A stretch of DNA of 64,000 bases. It comes from an uncultured Clostridia bacterium (lineage in GTDB: Bacteria > Bacillota > Clostridia > Christensenellales > UBA1242). Each line of letters begins with the position of its first letter. Positions within the stretch are counted from its first letter, which is position 1. The notes below the pieces were generated by a model that saw nothing but the letters and a program-made list of their open reading frames with translations, made no database searches and was not told where the DNA came from. The position numbers were made by a program, and so were the translations under genes. The stretch covers positions 8,398 to 72,397 of the forward strand of contig CAKVLQ010000001.1 of NCBI GenBank assembly GCA_934757845.1, given 5' to 3'. Of this stretch, positions 31,901 through 41,300 are shown in pieces.

Positions 31901-34900
31901 GAGCATCAACAAGCCAAATTATAACTCTTACTGTTAACAGATTAACAGATTATGTTCCAAATGTTGTTGTTGATGTTTCAAATCTAAATCAAGCAAACTT
32001 TGTTGAAATATTGCCTGTTGAAGACCCAGTTATGATAGGAAAAAACAGCAAACGATATAGTTATATTATTAATGGGCTTAACTATTCGGGTGAAAATGAA
32101 AGCGTTGAGTTATATTTCTTTATTGAAAAAACCGTTAATGGAAAAATTGAAAAATACAATTCAAACAAACTAAAACTTAATGTAACCGATTTTGTTGTGA
32201 AAGACATAAGCGTTGAAAAAGTTGAAAATGGATATTTAACCAAACCATTTGGAACAAGTTATCCACTTAAAGTTTCACTTGGCACAATTAATAACGGAAG
32301 TGTTGAAGTTTTGAATTTGATTAATGCGTTTGAAGAAGATTTAGCAAAGAGTTCAACTGTGGCAAACGGAAAAATTGTTTCTAATATTTTTGTTTATAAC
32401 AATCAAAAATTGTATGCAGGAATGGAAACTACTAATTTCAAAATTGAAAAAAATAATTATTTTGAAATTAATCCAAATGTGGCAAGCCGAACTTCGGGTT
32501 TTGTTGCAGACTTTGCAATAAGTTATAATTATAGTGACGGAAATGATTATTATCCTGTTAAATTAATAAAAGATTATAAAAATCAAAACGACATTTTTAT
32601 AAATGGAAACCTTTATAGCGTGCGTTTTGTTCAAAACTTTGGAACGGATTTCTATATTCAAAACGACATTAACAATCCAATTCCTGTTTATAGCAGTGAA
32701 GAATTTGTTAATATGGAACAAAATGGAAACTACATTTTGATGAATGATATTGTTTTGGCACAAAACACTGATGTTGAACTTCTTAAAAATGGCTACACTC
32801 CATTTGTTGCAAATTTTGATAGCCTTGACGGAAATGGATATAAAGTTATAATAAAAAATCTTAATGTTGATTTATCAAACACTTTGGAAGAATATAACTT
32901 TGGATTGTTTAGCGAAGTTAGCGAAAATTGTTTGATAAAAAATTTGACCGTTAAATTTGATCTTCAAAATATTTCAACCGAAAGTAACTTTGTTGAAGAC
33001 TATAACATTTTGAATTTTGAAAATGTTTCAAGTTTAACTTTTGGTTCAATTTGTGCTGTTAACAAAGGTTTAATTTATAACTGTTTTGTTGAAAGTTTAA
33101 AAAATGGTTATCAAGAAGATTTGTTCTATGTTGTTGTTCAAAATATTGTGAATGATGCTCAAACAAGGGCAGTTATTGGTGGCTTTGTTGGAAAAAATGA
33201 AGGAATTATAACAAATTCAAGAACCGAACTTAAACTTTGTGCAAGCAAAGGATTTGTTGGCGGTTTTGCTGGTGAAAACAACGGAACAATAAGTTCATGT
33301 TATTTTAAAAATGTTATTGTTAAAAACTTGGGTGAAGATGAAAACACTTCAAGTTTGGCAGGTTTCGTTCACAACAACACAGGAACTATTAAATTTAGTT
33401 TTGTTGAGGGTGATTCAAGATTTGTTGACAGTGGCAGATATTTGTGTAACACAACGCTGTCAAATTATGCTTTAACTGCTCCAACTTCTGTTGGCGGATT
33501 TGTGTTTAATAACTCTGGAAATATTGAAGATTGCTACTCAAATTTAAGTTTAACAAGTCAAAGTTATTCTGGTGGATTTGCATTCACAAACTCTGGAAAA
33601 ATTTTAAGATGTTATGCTGCAACGCTAAATGAAAAAGAAAACAATATTGCTCATGCACCTTTTATTGCAACAAAAGTTCAAATTGACGAAGAATTTATGA
33701 AAACAAATGTTAAAGATTGTTTCTATCTTAACATAAATAAAACTTTGGTTAACGATGCTTATTGCAAAGGTTTGAGCCTTGAGAATATGAATGATGAATA
33801 TTATTTAACAAACTTCATATTTGACGGCAACGATAGTGTGTGGGCGTTTAGGGGGCAAAATTTGCTTCCAACTTTGGTTGAAGCAACAAATGTTGCCGTA
33901 AGCAAGCGTTCACTTTATAGCGTAACAGAAAGCCCTAACGGCGGAATTTTATATTCTTATGTTTATAACAATAATTGTTATGCGGGAAGCAAAATAAATC
34001 CAATTATTGTTTCAAATGAAGAAGAATTTATTGAATACTTTACTTCTCAAAACAAAACAAACAGTCAATATTATAGGTTAATAAACAACATTAATTTTAG
34101 TGATTATGCGGTTATTCCAACCTATAACTATACTTTTAGTGGAAGATTTGACGGAAATGGACTTGAAATTTCAAATGTTAGAATTTCAGCACCTTCAAAT
34201 TATTCAGGTGATAGTTTTGGATTGTTTGCTAAAATTGAAAAATACAAAAATGGTGAAACTCCGATTGTTAAAAACATTAACATAAAACCTTTGGAAGTTT
34301 ATGCAAACAACGCAAGTTTTGTTGGAACTTTGGCGGGAATTGTTAAAGACGCAAACATTGTTAATATTAATGTTGATGCGCAAGATGTTATTGTTCAAGG
34401 ACGAAATATTGTTGGTGGTGTTGTTGGGCTACTTTGTGGAAACTCTAATATGGTTAATGTTTCAAGCAATGTTTCGGCAAACTCAAACTTTTCAAGTTCG
34501 GCTACTAGTGGATATTATTTGTATTATTCAAATAACGGGGAAGCACAAAATGCAAATAGCGTTTCTTATGCGGGCTCAATTTGCGGTGTTGTTGACACCG
34601 AAAAAACAAGCACCAACAATGAAACTTCACGAAATATTGAAGTAAAAGTAGGCACAAAATCTATTGCTTGGTTTGCAGGCCTTGCGTTTGGTCTTGTTTG
34701 TGAAGATTCGGGAATAGATAATGTTAAAGTTTATGTTAACAATTCAAGTTATATAAACTCAACTTATGCCGGTGGATATATTTGCGGTGAAAATCGTGGA
34801 TATATTTCAAGAGCCGAAACGATAAACGAAGGCTACGGCGGGGCAAGTTTGTTCAAAAATAATTGCAAATTTGCAGGCGGAATAGTTGGATTTAATAACA

Positions 34901-37900
34901 ACGGAACTATCGTAAATTCGTTAAGCAATGTTGCCGTTATTGGAAATTCAAAAACAATAGTGGCGGGCGGAATTGTTGGCGTTTCAGTTGGCGGAGCAAT
35001 AAGCAGTTGCGTTGCAACAAACAGCGTTTATGCTTCAAGTGTTGTTGGCGGAATTTGCGGAATGACAGCAAGACGAGAAATGTTTACAACTTCAAATCAA
35101 CAATTTAGAATTTTGAACTTATTTGAAAATGATAACGCACTTTCATCTTCGGCTATAAAAACAAACAATATAATGTATATTGCAAATTGTGTTGCAATAA
35201 ATAACTTTAACGATGATGTTTTGAGTTATCTTGATAGTAATAATGAGGGACATTATGTTGGGGCAATTATTGGTGCTGTTCAAAACACACAAAATAACGA
35301 AAGTGGAACCATTGATGTTGCAAAAAAGATAAGTTATATAACTTATGAAAATTATTATAAAAAGCAATCTTATAAAAAAGATGGTGAAACTTTTGACCTT
35401 CAAGATTATGCAGTAAACAACATAAGTGATTTTGATGTGGGAACGCAATCTAAAAACACAAAATCAGAAAATTCTTGTGCGGAAGCATTTGACAGTTTAA
35501 AATCAAATATGTTTAGTAATTTTAGCAAGAGTGTGTTTGATTTTGATGGAGAAATCTCTGAAAGTAATCTTCCAAAACTTAAATCTGCAAACAACATTAA
35601 CACCAAAAAACTTGAAGGAAGCGGAACTTATGCTGACCCTTACAGGATAAATTCTGTTAGAGCGATAAATGAACTTTCAAGCCTTGTTGAAAATGGTGCG
35701 ACTGATGTTTATGTTAATGTAACCGAAAATATTGAAGCAACAGGAAAAGAATTTAATTCTATCGGTTCTTCTGTTCACAAATTTAATGGAACATTTAATG
35801 GAAACAATTATTTTATTAATGGTTTAACTTACTTTAATGTAGACAAATATAACACAAAAAATTATTTTGGACTTTTTGGCTATGTTTCAAATTTGTCAAC
35901 AATAAGAAACCTTAATGTTGTGGCTAACTTTGTTATAAATTTTGTTCAGCCACAAAATAACAATTCAAGCATAACATCAACAGGAATAATTGCAGGCTAT
36001 AACGAAGGATATATTGCAAATTGCAACACTTATGGTGGAATGATTTGCTCGTTAAAAGATTCGTCAAACAAAATGTCTATTGCTTATGTTGGTGCTATTT
36101 GTGGAATAAATGCGGGTCAAACCCAAGCGGGTCTATTGAATTGCAAAAACTATGCAACAATTTATATTTCAATTAGCGATGTTGAAAATAGCAATAGCCT
36201 TAAAGAAAATGTTAGTTTTTATGCAGGCTTTATAAGCGGGGCAAATTTGAATGGTGCAATTATAAACAAATGTGAAAACCTTGCAACAAAAAATATTGAC
36301 CTAAACAAAGGGGCAATAAGTGGAAGCGAAAATTATACGCTTATTGTTATTAACAAAAAGAGTTCAACTTGCAAAAATTATGTTGGAACTCTTGCGGGAT
36401 TTGTTTCTGATATTAACAATGTGTATGGCGATAATGCAAATCATGAAAATATTTATGAATTAAGCTATCACAGTATTGAGACACCCACAAATCCAACAGA
36501 CCCTACTGATCCAACGGAACCTACCGAACCAACACAACCAACATTAACGTTGACATTTGATGTCGATTCTCAACAGCTTGTTAATGATGTGATTTATGGT
36601 AAAAAAGGTGATGTTGTTGCTTTGCCAACAATTAATGCTGGAGAATATGGGTTAACTGGGTATATTGTGGAATATTGGTATTTAGAACCAACTTTTAAAA
36701 CAAAAGTAGAATTCCCATATAAACTTACAAGCGATACTATCCTTTATGGATATTGGACTTATAAGCCACACGATTCAATTGATGAAGGGTTTTATAAATA
36801 TTTAGACAAATTTAATAAACATTCTTCATCAAATATTATTACAATAAACTCTCGTGAAGAATTGATTGGGTGGACTGAATATATAATGTTTAAAGATGTA
36901 ACCGAATCAATTAGTGATGAGTATAAAATTAAAGTTACATATTTAAATAACCAAACAAAAGAGAATTGGTCTGCGGAATTTACCACTGTTTGGGATATTA
37001 AAAGAAATGCGGAAGACTTATTTCACAATTCTACATACTGGTATTGGTGTCAGGATTATGTAAAAATTTATGTTAAAGATAGTGATAGCTATATAAACAA
37101 TTTGGCAAAAGTTAATGTAAGCACTGATGGCGATGATACAACTGTAACATCTACATATTCACAATTAAATTATGCCCTTGAGTATAAGGCAAGCAAATCA
37201 AGAGAAGATAACTATGATGATTTTAAAATAAACAATCTTCCAAGTTCAAAGGAAATAAGGGTTTCATCATCAACTCAATTAGTTTATGCTCTTGAACATG
37301 GTCTAAAACCAATTTGCGAAGCTGGAACCACTGCGGAAACAGTTTATAACAAAGCAAAAGCAATTTTAAGAAGCATTTGCAATGATACCATGTCCGATTA
37401 TCAAAAACTTTATGCAATCTATGATTGGCTTGTTTCAAATGTTCAATATGAACATGGGGCTTTTGGTGATGACATTAATATAAGCGATTGGGGGAGATAT
37501 CAAGAATGGTTTGCTGAAGGTGCTCTTATTAATGGCAAAGCGGTGTGTGACGGATATAGCAAAGCAGCTATAGTTTTGGCTAAAATTGAGGGGATTCCCA
37601 TAATTCGAGCAATAGGAAATAAACATGCTTGGAATAAGGTTTATATTAATGGCAACTGGTATGTTTTTGACGCAACGCACGGAGATTTTGTTGCATCATA
37701 TTCAAAAGATGGAACTAGTTATAAATCTGAAATGCTTTCACACACTGAATTTTTAACCACAGAAGAATATAAAATATCTTGTGGTTATACAGATGTGAGA
37801 CATACAGAAATTGAATGTAAAACCAAATATGATTTTTATTCTAATGCAAAATTTAGTTATGGAACTTATAATTTTGATTTAAAAATTGACACAACAAATG

Positions 37901-38106
37901 ATTTTAATGGATTAATTAATTATGTAAATTATTATTCACTAGTTAATAAACAATTTATTATTGAATTTGTTGTTGCGGGAAGTTACACTCTCCAAAATGT
38001 CACAGATAAAATAATTACGCTTGATGGCTATAGTTATTATATTTATTTTTCTAAAAAAGAAGTTAATGGCTATACAAGATATAGTTTATTATTGTTTTTT
38101 AGCTAA
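25924..38106 (+). CDS. Giant surface lipoprotein (4060 aa): Ig-like domains, GLUG-type modules, PT linker, Listeria-Bacteroides repeat, C-terminal transglutaminase-like core
   Basis: - A 12,183-nt open frame with SD aggag upstream.
- Lipoprotein signal MKLKKVILSVLIILLGLTGSLFGC, paralogous to that of gene 1.
- Acidic tether (QEQEDNQTSEEDQTDEKTDKK).
- GLUG-like repeats (FGGLAGQNAEKSEILG, VGGLIGQNGENG, IGGFVGKNEGIITNS).
- PTNPTDPTDPTEPTEPTQPT linker (36481-36540).
- GYIVEYWYLEPTFKTKVEFPYKLTSDTILYGYW repeat.
- Transglutaminase-type core GKAVCDGYS...GIPIIRAIGNKHAWNKVYINGNWYVFDATHGD. Confidence 0.85.
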   Translation: MKLKKVILSVLIILLGLTGSLFGCQVKPLELYTVVDKQEVSKISLYILSSNLGESQTGQEQEDNQTSEEDQTDEKTDKKTIFVCAKNANDMFNKGLDISFSEANIVSCTLNKAETEKAEDAYAFDIVAYRAKNVIITFETKDKKTKTVLEVEVLQDCEKIEKNIHSENFVIKGENKQLSSTIVNFYPTTTTNKNLKFKLRQDYEGKGITLSEDGFLSFDENFDASLTEFYVNITHENHETAGDNAGNFVVEDIKFDILSPVEDIVAIDSQTDPNGNFAKISSLEFATNLEGTNFNFRTIAIKKLLKDNSIENIGDSFKIEYYLKNEAEKLVSIEEVENFELTISQNGRDGQDTLVVKVVNLLYPSYFSNEYEINIVVKTYPNYITINGQKNFDEVALYDNGLSKELEIKVSESYNTNFKILSIQSDKISLKYKNGVSVQSTDIIESGTTLVLSCAEYIDFGTQNEISTQFQIISEGNDNLNVWIKVRIIKNLVDAEIYDADDNNQNDISGNDITLYKTDVSGNSTIKKYVVKSTGNVIIPDFDINVENPNVVKLESINKQEKSFSLKALTTGESLITVVFDNGLQKYFNINVYTAIKDVEVLFSDYSKTYNIGNIEQTTVENKTLTKYSIKNGTNSQLLFEAKDINGNIVYDKYVISAEYILTYSDNQQENYIAVSSADNKLYALKTTPSNEYVKVTCNITAYVYNDGNYELKTKTKEFLVEVYEPIKNIILSDEYITLYTQDSLGYEDYDKATKEITLTILPASATKIDYKNLIDKTGNEYKNIRKNFNEANVEFTPQINEKGLKLTITATKFSDNSNKQTETGTITFSIQEFNFVYTKRVTVKVMKAQSPEGISVENVSQQTNNEGKIVDYLYFNLGYDNEGIKINPKVYPISCLNTDYIFKIVSESENQDDIISFDRNENTVKPLKAGKCKLILMPKGSIKNPDEILSWKEGKIKEEKIIEIVVGDGESVPYRISSKNELMNLCEETVINEDDENDFVNRLNKNYVLTNDIDLSFETVVPIGVYTLKIKSGNLERKVKEFTGSLNGKFEIGGISNNYSINGISLKINSSYKSSLINNNMYLGLVAQNKGKILNLTLNYSSVQAIVSRYANPANYQSENQKLALYFGGISAQNNGLIENCEVNLNNFNIETYFGNNFVGAIAGLNESEINEKSEVVNKAQIKNCYALGNMNIVDGYANILNKNSAVSILFGGLAGQNAEKSEILGDFKIYNNNSEIFNKNIMNVTLNLSSIVDGSLAKLANNSAFGLACGQNNGIIKNISSYGKIFASLNAGGICGINNGTVGGEKEDGCFSASLISGGINVGGLIGQNGENGITKYNAVMLLDDNEFLEENSKTYKIIGNEFVGGLIGKINEKNTANNFENNFVRSYVKKYDKYFDIGVKKDNFGPLWTGDNLKDSQDCVINSNFADNLLIEFGESQSNKLFKGNIKGDIENIGIDAPDKIEVKINNSTLTGEEMLYSYNKFIKANDNTIVLYYYKNSDYAKYNYYLQNLLFKISYTKKNGNNYDGIPFTKIESLTPDILTVDAKGNFVVNKTGDAKLLIYSALNKDASQEIAIKVVDLIENFGVFEDGLLDKKIETIYVEKGTSKNVYLSESVVQEDLFVKYTITGNSGKVIEINTNDSEYYSVLNGQVFKGFERGNVVVKAELFVKINGKYYKILGEYSFNVVVIEGLKEFSTSIERAELASTSFVNFEATAVTDLASNTNIAVKQKVELDEKWEDGEYLDFEFEKVIASYGFKLLFKVKPSLNKELLKQIYGKTILFDIYLYDDLVSLKDIEQNPEKYDNYKKTIEFIINENGVINAEMQYFADGEVVKNEDGQDVINTNELESEFIKIGKIGILKINLYPKEILAKENSVVLTYQNSDNYNLNFQQVEKTSDGYQDVNTSKLTTNGIILDNQYLTSDPNEQYLYVKLLTDSPIKEDSKFVLNLNISGFDYEFEKVLTSTLASNLEIAFDGAVLNAQGSLEGVYAKGASTSQIITLTVNRLTDYVPNVVVDVSNLNQANFVEILPVEDPVMIGKNSKRYSYIINGLNYSGENESVELYFFIEKTVNGKIEKYNSNKLKLNVTDFVVKDISVEKVENGYLTKPFGTSYPLKVSLGTINNGSVEVLNLINAFEEDLAKSSTVANGKIVSNIFVYNNQKLYAGMETTNFKIEKNNYFEINPNVASRTSGFVADFAISYNYSDGNDYYPVKLIKDYKNQNDIFINGNLYSVRFVQNFGTDFYIQNDINNPIPVYSSEEFVNMEQNGNYILMNDIVLAQNTDVELLKNGYTPFVANFDSLDGNGYKVIIKNLNVDLSNTLEEYNFGLFSEVSENCLIKNLTVKFDLQNISTESNFVEDYNILNFENVSSLTFGSICAVNKGLIYNCFVESLKNGYQEDLFYVVVQNIVNDAQTRAVIGGFVGKNEGIITNSRTELKLCASKGFVGGFAGENNGTISSCYFKNVIVKNLGEDENTSSLAGFVHNNTGTIKFSFVEGDSRFVDSGRYLCNTTLSNYALTAPTSVGGFVFNNSGNIEDCYSNLSLTSQSYSGGFAFTNSGKILRCYAATLNEKENNIAHAPFIATKVQIDEEFMKTNVKDCFYLNINKTLVNDAYCKGLSLENMNDEYYLTNFIFDGNDSVWAFRGQNLLPTLVEATNVAVSKRSLYSVTESPNGGILYSYVYNNNCYAGSKINPIIVSNEEEFIEYFTSQNKTNSQYYRLINNINFSDYAVIPTYNYTFSGRFDGNGLEISNVRISAPSNYSGDSFGLFAKIEKYKNGETPIVKNINIKPLEVYANNASFVGTLAGIVKDANIVNINVDAQDVIVQGRNIVGGVVGLLCGNSNMVNVSSNVSANSNFSSSATSGYYLYYSNNGEAQNANSVSYAGSICGVVDTEKTSTNNETSRNIEVKVGTKSIAWFAGLAFGLVCEDSGIDNVKVYVNNSSYINSTYAGGYICGENRGYISRAETINEGYGGASLFKNNCKFAGGIVGFNNNGTIVNSLSNVAVIGNSKTIVAGGIVGVSVGGAISSCVATNSVYASSVVGGICGMTARREMFTTSNQQFRILNLFENDNALSSSAIKTNNIMYIANCVAINNFNDDVLSYLDSNNEGHYVGAIIGAVQNTQNNESGTIDVAKKISYITYENYYKKQSYKKDGETFDLQDYAVNNISDFDVGTQSKNTKSENSCAEAFDSLKSNMFSNFSKSVFDFDGEISESNLPKLKSANNINTKKLEGSGTYADPYRINSVRAINELSSLVENGATDVYVNVTENIEATGKEFNSIGSSVHKFNGTFNGNNYFINGLTYFNVDKYNTKNYFGLFGYVSNLSTIRNLNVVANFVINFVQPQNNNSSITSTGIIAGYNEGYIANCNTYGGMICSLKDSSNKMSIAYVGAICGINAGQTQAGLLNCKNYATIYISISDVENSNSLKENVSFYAGFISGANLNGAIINKCENLATKNIDLNKGAISGSENYTLIVINKKSSTCKNYVGTLAGFVSDINNVYGDNANHENIYELSYHSIETPTNPTDPTDPTEPTEPTQPTLTLTFDVDSQQLVNDVIYGKKGDVVALPTINAGEYGLTGYIVEYWYLEPTFKTKVEFPYKLTSDTILYGYWTYKPHDSIDEGFYKYLDKFNKHSSSNIITINSREELIGWTEYIMFKDVTESISDEYKIKVTYLNNQTKENWSAEFTTVWDIKRNAEDLFHNSTYWYWCQDYVKIYVKDSDSYINNLAKVNVSTDGDDTTVTSTYSQLNYALEYKASKSREDNYDDFKINNLPSSKEIRVSSSTQLVYALEHGLKPICEAGTTAETVYNKAKAILRSICNDTMSDYQKLYAIYDWLVSNVQYEHGAFGDDINISDWGRYQEWFAEGALINGKAVCDGYSKAAIVLAKIEGIPIIRAIGNKHAWNKVYINGNWYVFDATHGDFVASYSKDGTSYKSEMLSHTEFLTTEEYKISCGYTDVRHTEIECKTKYDFYSNAKFSYGTYNFDLKIDTTNDFNGLINYVNYYSLVNKQFIIEFVVAGSYTLQNVTDKIITLDGYSYYIYFSKKEVNGYTRYSLLLFFS

Positions 38107-38158
38107 TATTATAATAAATCAAATTTAATATTTAAGTTATTTTATAACAAATATAAAA

Positions 38159-38186
38159 ATGCAAAAAATTATTTTGCATTTTTTTA
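38159..38186 (+). terminator. Candidate AT-rich terminator after giant gene 2
   Basis: atgcaaaa (38159-38166) pairs with ttttgcat (38172-38179), then a T run. Confidence 0.45.
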
Positions 38187-38205
38187 AAATATTTTTTTAA
38201 AATAA

Positions 38206-38234
38206 TTGACAAGTTGATTTTTATGTGTTATTAT
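38206..38234 (+). promoter_or_regulatory. Sigma-A type extended -10 promoter of rpoB
   Basis: TTGACA (38206-38211), 17-nt spacer, TGtTATTAT (hexamer at 38229-38234). Confidence 0.55.
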
Positions 38235-38341
38235 ACTATGAACTACAAGTAGTGATTTTTTGTCGTGAACTAAAAAGAATGAATGTTTTTGGGCGAAAGA
38301 ATGAATTGCTTAACTAAAAATTTAAGGAGTATAAATTTTAC

Positions 38342-41300
38342 ATGCTTGAAAAACCAAAAGTAAAAAAAGTAAACTATGGAAAAGCTGTTAGATACAGTTT
38401 TGCCAAAGTAGATGAAAAGGCACAGCTTCCTTATCTTCTACAAATTCAAAAAGACCCTTATAAAGAGTTTTTAACTAATGGTATCAAGGAGGTTTTGGAA
38501 GAAGTTTCTCCAATAGTTGACTATTCAGACAAAGCCGAATTGTATTTTTTGGAACATAGGTTAGAACCTGCAAAACATGATGAAGACTATTGCCGAAAAA
38601 GCAGGCTTTCATACACTATGCCATTAAAAGTTAAAGCGCGTCTTGTTATTAAAGAAACTGGCGAAGTTATTGAACAAGAAGTTTATTTGGGCGATATTCC
38701 TGTTATGAGTGATGAGGGATATTTTATTGCAAATGGTGTTGAAAAGGTTGTTATCAGCCAAATTGTTAAATCACCATCTGTATATTTTTCTAGCGAATTT
38801 GACAAAACAGGAAAACAAATAATTGAAGCAAATTTGTTTAGTCCAAGAGGAACAAGACTTTCAATAGAACTTGGAAATGCTGAAACACTAAAATTTATTA
38901 TTAATGCGTCAAGCAAAGTTAGTGCTGGCGTGTTCTTGAAGGCTTGTGGGCTTTCAAAAGACGAAATTTGCAAAATTTTTGATAACAATCAACTTATTCT
39001 TAACACTCTTGAAAAAGAGCCACAAGAAACTGAAGAAGATTGTTTGATTGAAATTGCAAAGAAAACTCGTCCTGCCGAAGTTCCAAGTGCAGAAGCAACA
39101 AGACAATATTTGCATGATACATTTTTTAGCAATGCTTATTATAACTTTGCTCGTGTTGGAAGATACAAATATAACAAAAAATTGGGTCTAGCAGGCAGAA
39201 TTGCTGGATTTGTGTCTGTTAATGATATTATTGTTAATGACGAAGTTGTTGTTTCAAAAGGCGAAATAATTTCAAAAGAAGTTGCCTTTAAAATTCAAGA
39301 CAGCGGAATTAATGAAGTTTATATTTATAACGAAGGCAAACCACACAAAATTATTGGCAATGCTCGTGTTAAACTTTCAAATGTTTTTCCTTGCATTGAA
39401 GAAGATTTGGGAATTAACGAACTTGTTTACTATCCACTTTTAAAACAAATTCTTGCCGAAAACAAAACAAAAGAAAAACGAATGGCTGCAATTAAAGCAA
39501 ATGCAAAAGAATTAATCACAACTCACTTAACTCTTGAAGATTTGCTTGCAACAATCAGTTATATTATTGACCTAACACAAGGTCTTGGCAATGTTGATAA
39601 TATTGACCATTTGGAAAACCGAAGAATTGCAACCGTTGGCGAACTTATGTGCAACGAATTTAGAAAAGGTGTTAACAAACTTAAAGACAATGTTCGAGAA
39701 AGTATGCAAGCACATGACCTTTCTGAAATGACACCTAACACTTTGGTTGCTGCAAGATTTGTTAACAAATTTATTAAAGACTTTATTTCTTCAAGCCAAT
39801 TATGTCAATTTGCAGAAGATTTTAATCCTGTAACAACCTTAACCAACAAGCGTAGAATTTCAGCAGTAGGTCCTGGCGGAATTAAAAAAGAGCGTGCAGG
39901 TGCTGAAGTGCGTGACGTTCACTATTCTCATTATGGAAGAATTTGTGCTATTGAAACCCCAGAAGGTAATGGTATTGGTTTGATTAACGGTCTAGCCGCT
40001 TATGCAAAAATAAATGAATATGGCTTTATTGAAACTGGATATAGAAAAGTTGATAAAGAAACTGGTTGTGTTGGAAACGATATAACATATATGATGGCTG
40101 GCGAAGAAGAAAAATATTATATTTGCCAAGCAGTTGAACCAACTGACGAAAACGGAAAACTTTTAAACGACAAAGTTCTTTGCCGTAAAAAAGGAATATT
40201 GTATGAATTAAAACCTACTCAAGTTGACTATATGGATATTTCTCCTCGTCAATTTATATCAGCAATCACTTCATTAATTCCGTTCCTAGAAAACGATGAT
40301 ACAGTTCGTGCACTTACTGGTTCAAATATGCAACGACAAGCAGTTCCACTTTTAAGAGCCGATAGCCCAATAGTTGCAACAGGTATTGAACACAAAATTG
40401 CTGTTGACAGCGGTGCGATGGTTATTTGTGCTGATGATGGCGTTGTTAGTTATGCTGACGGAAATAAAATTGTTGTTAAACAAAACAACGGAACAAACAA
40501 AGAATATATTTTAAAGAAATTTAGAAAAACAAACAAAGAAACTTGCTATAACCAAAAACCAATCGTAAAACATGGCGACATGGTTAAAAAGGGCGATGTT
40601 TTGGCTGATGGTTTTTCAACTCAAAATGGTGAACTTGCTCTTGGAAAAAATGTTACAATCGCATTTATGAACTGGGAAGGTTATAACTATGAAGATGCAA
40701 TTTTGATTAGTGAAAAACTTGTTAAAGAAGATACTTTCACTTCTATTGCATTAAAAGAAGAAGAATGTGCTTGCCGAAGCACAAAACTTGGTGATGAAGA
40801 AATTACTCGTGATATTCCAAATGTTTCTGAAGAAATGTTAAGAAACTTGGACGAAAATGGTATTGTTCGTGTTGGAAGTGAAGTTAGAAGCGGTGATTAC
40901 CTTGTTGGAAAAGTTACTCCAAAAGGTGAAACTGAACTTACACCAGAAGAAAGATTGCTTCGTGCAATTTTTGGAGAGAAAGCACGTGAAGTTAGAGATA
41001 ACAGTTTGAAAGTTCCACATGGAAGTGGCGGAATTGTTGTTGATGTTCAAGTATTCTCACGAAAAAACAAAGACGAACTTGACCCAGGTGTTAACACTCT
41101 TGTAAAAGTGTTTATTGCAAAAAAACGAAAAATTTCTGTGGGCGATAAAATGGCAGGTCGTCACGGAAACAAAGGTGTTGTTTCTCGTGTTCTTCCAGAA
41201 GCAGATATGCCATTTATGGCAAATGGTCAACCAGTTGACATCGTTCTTAACCCACTAGGTGTTCCTTCGCGTATGAATATCGGGCAGGTTTTGGAAGTTC

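Noticed and set aside
6541-38106. The periodic repeats in the giant genes might be a CRISPR array or a noncoding satellite.
   Set aside because: The periodicity is at the protein-motif level (GGLVG.N.G.I), with diverged DNA inside one continuous open frame. There are no identical direct repeats alternating with unique spacers, and no cas genes.
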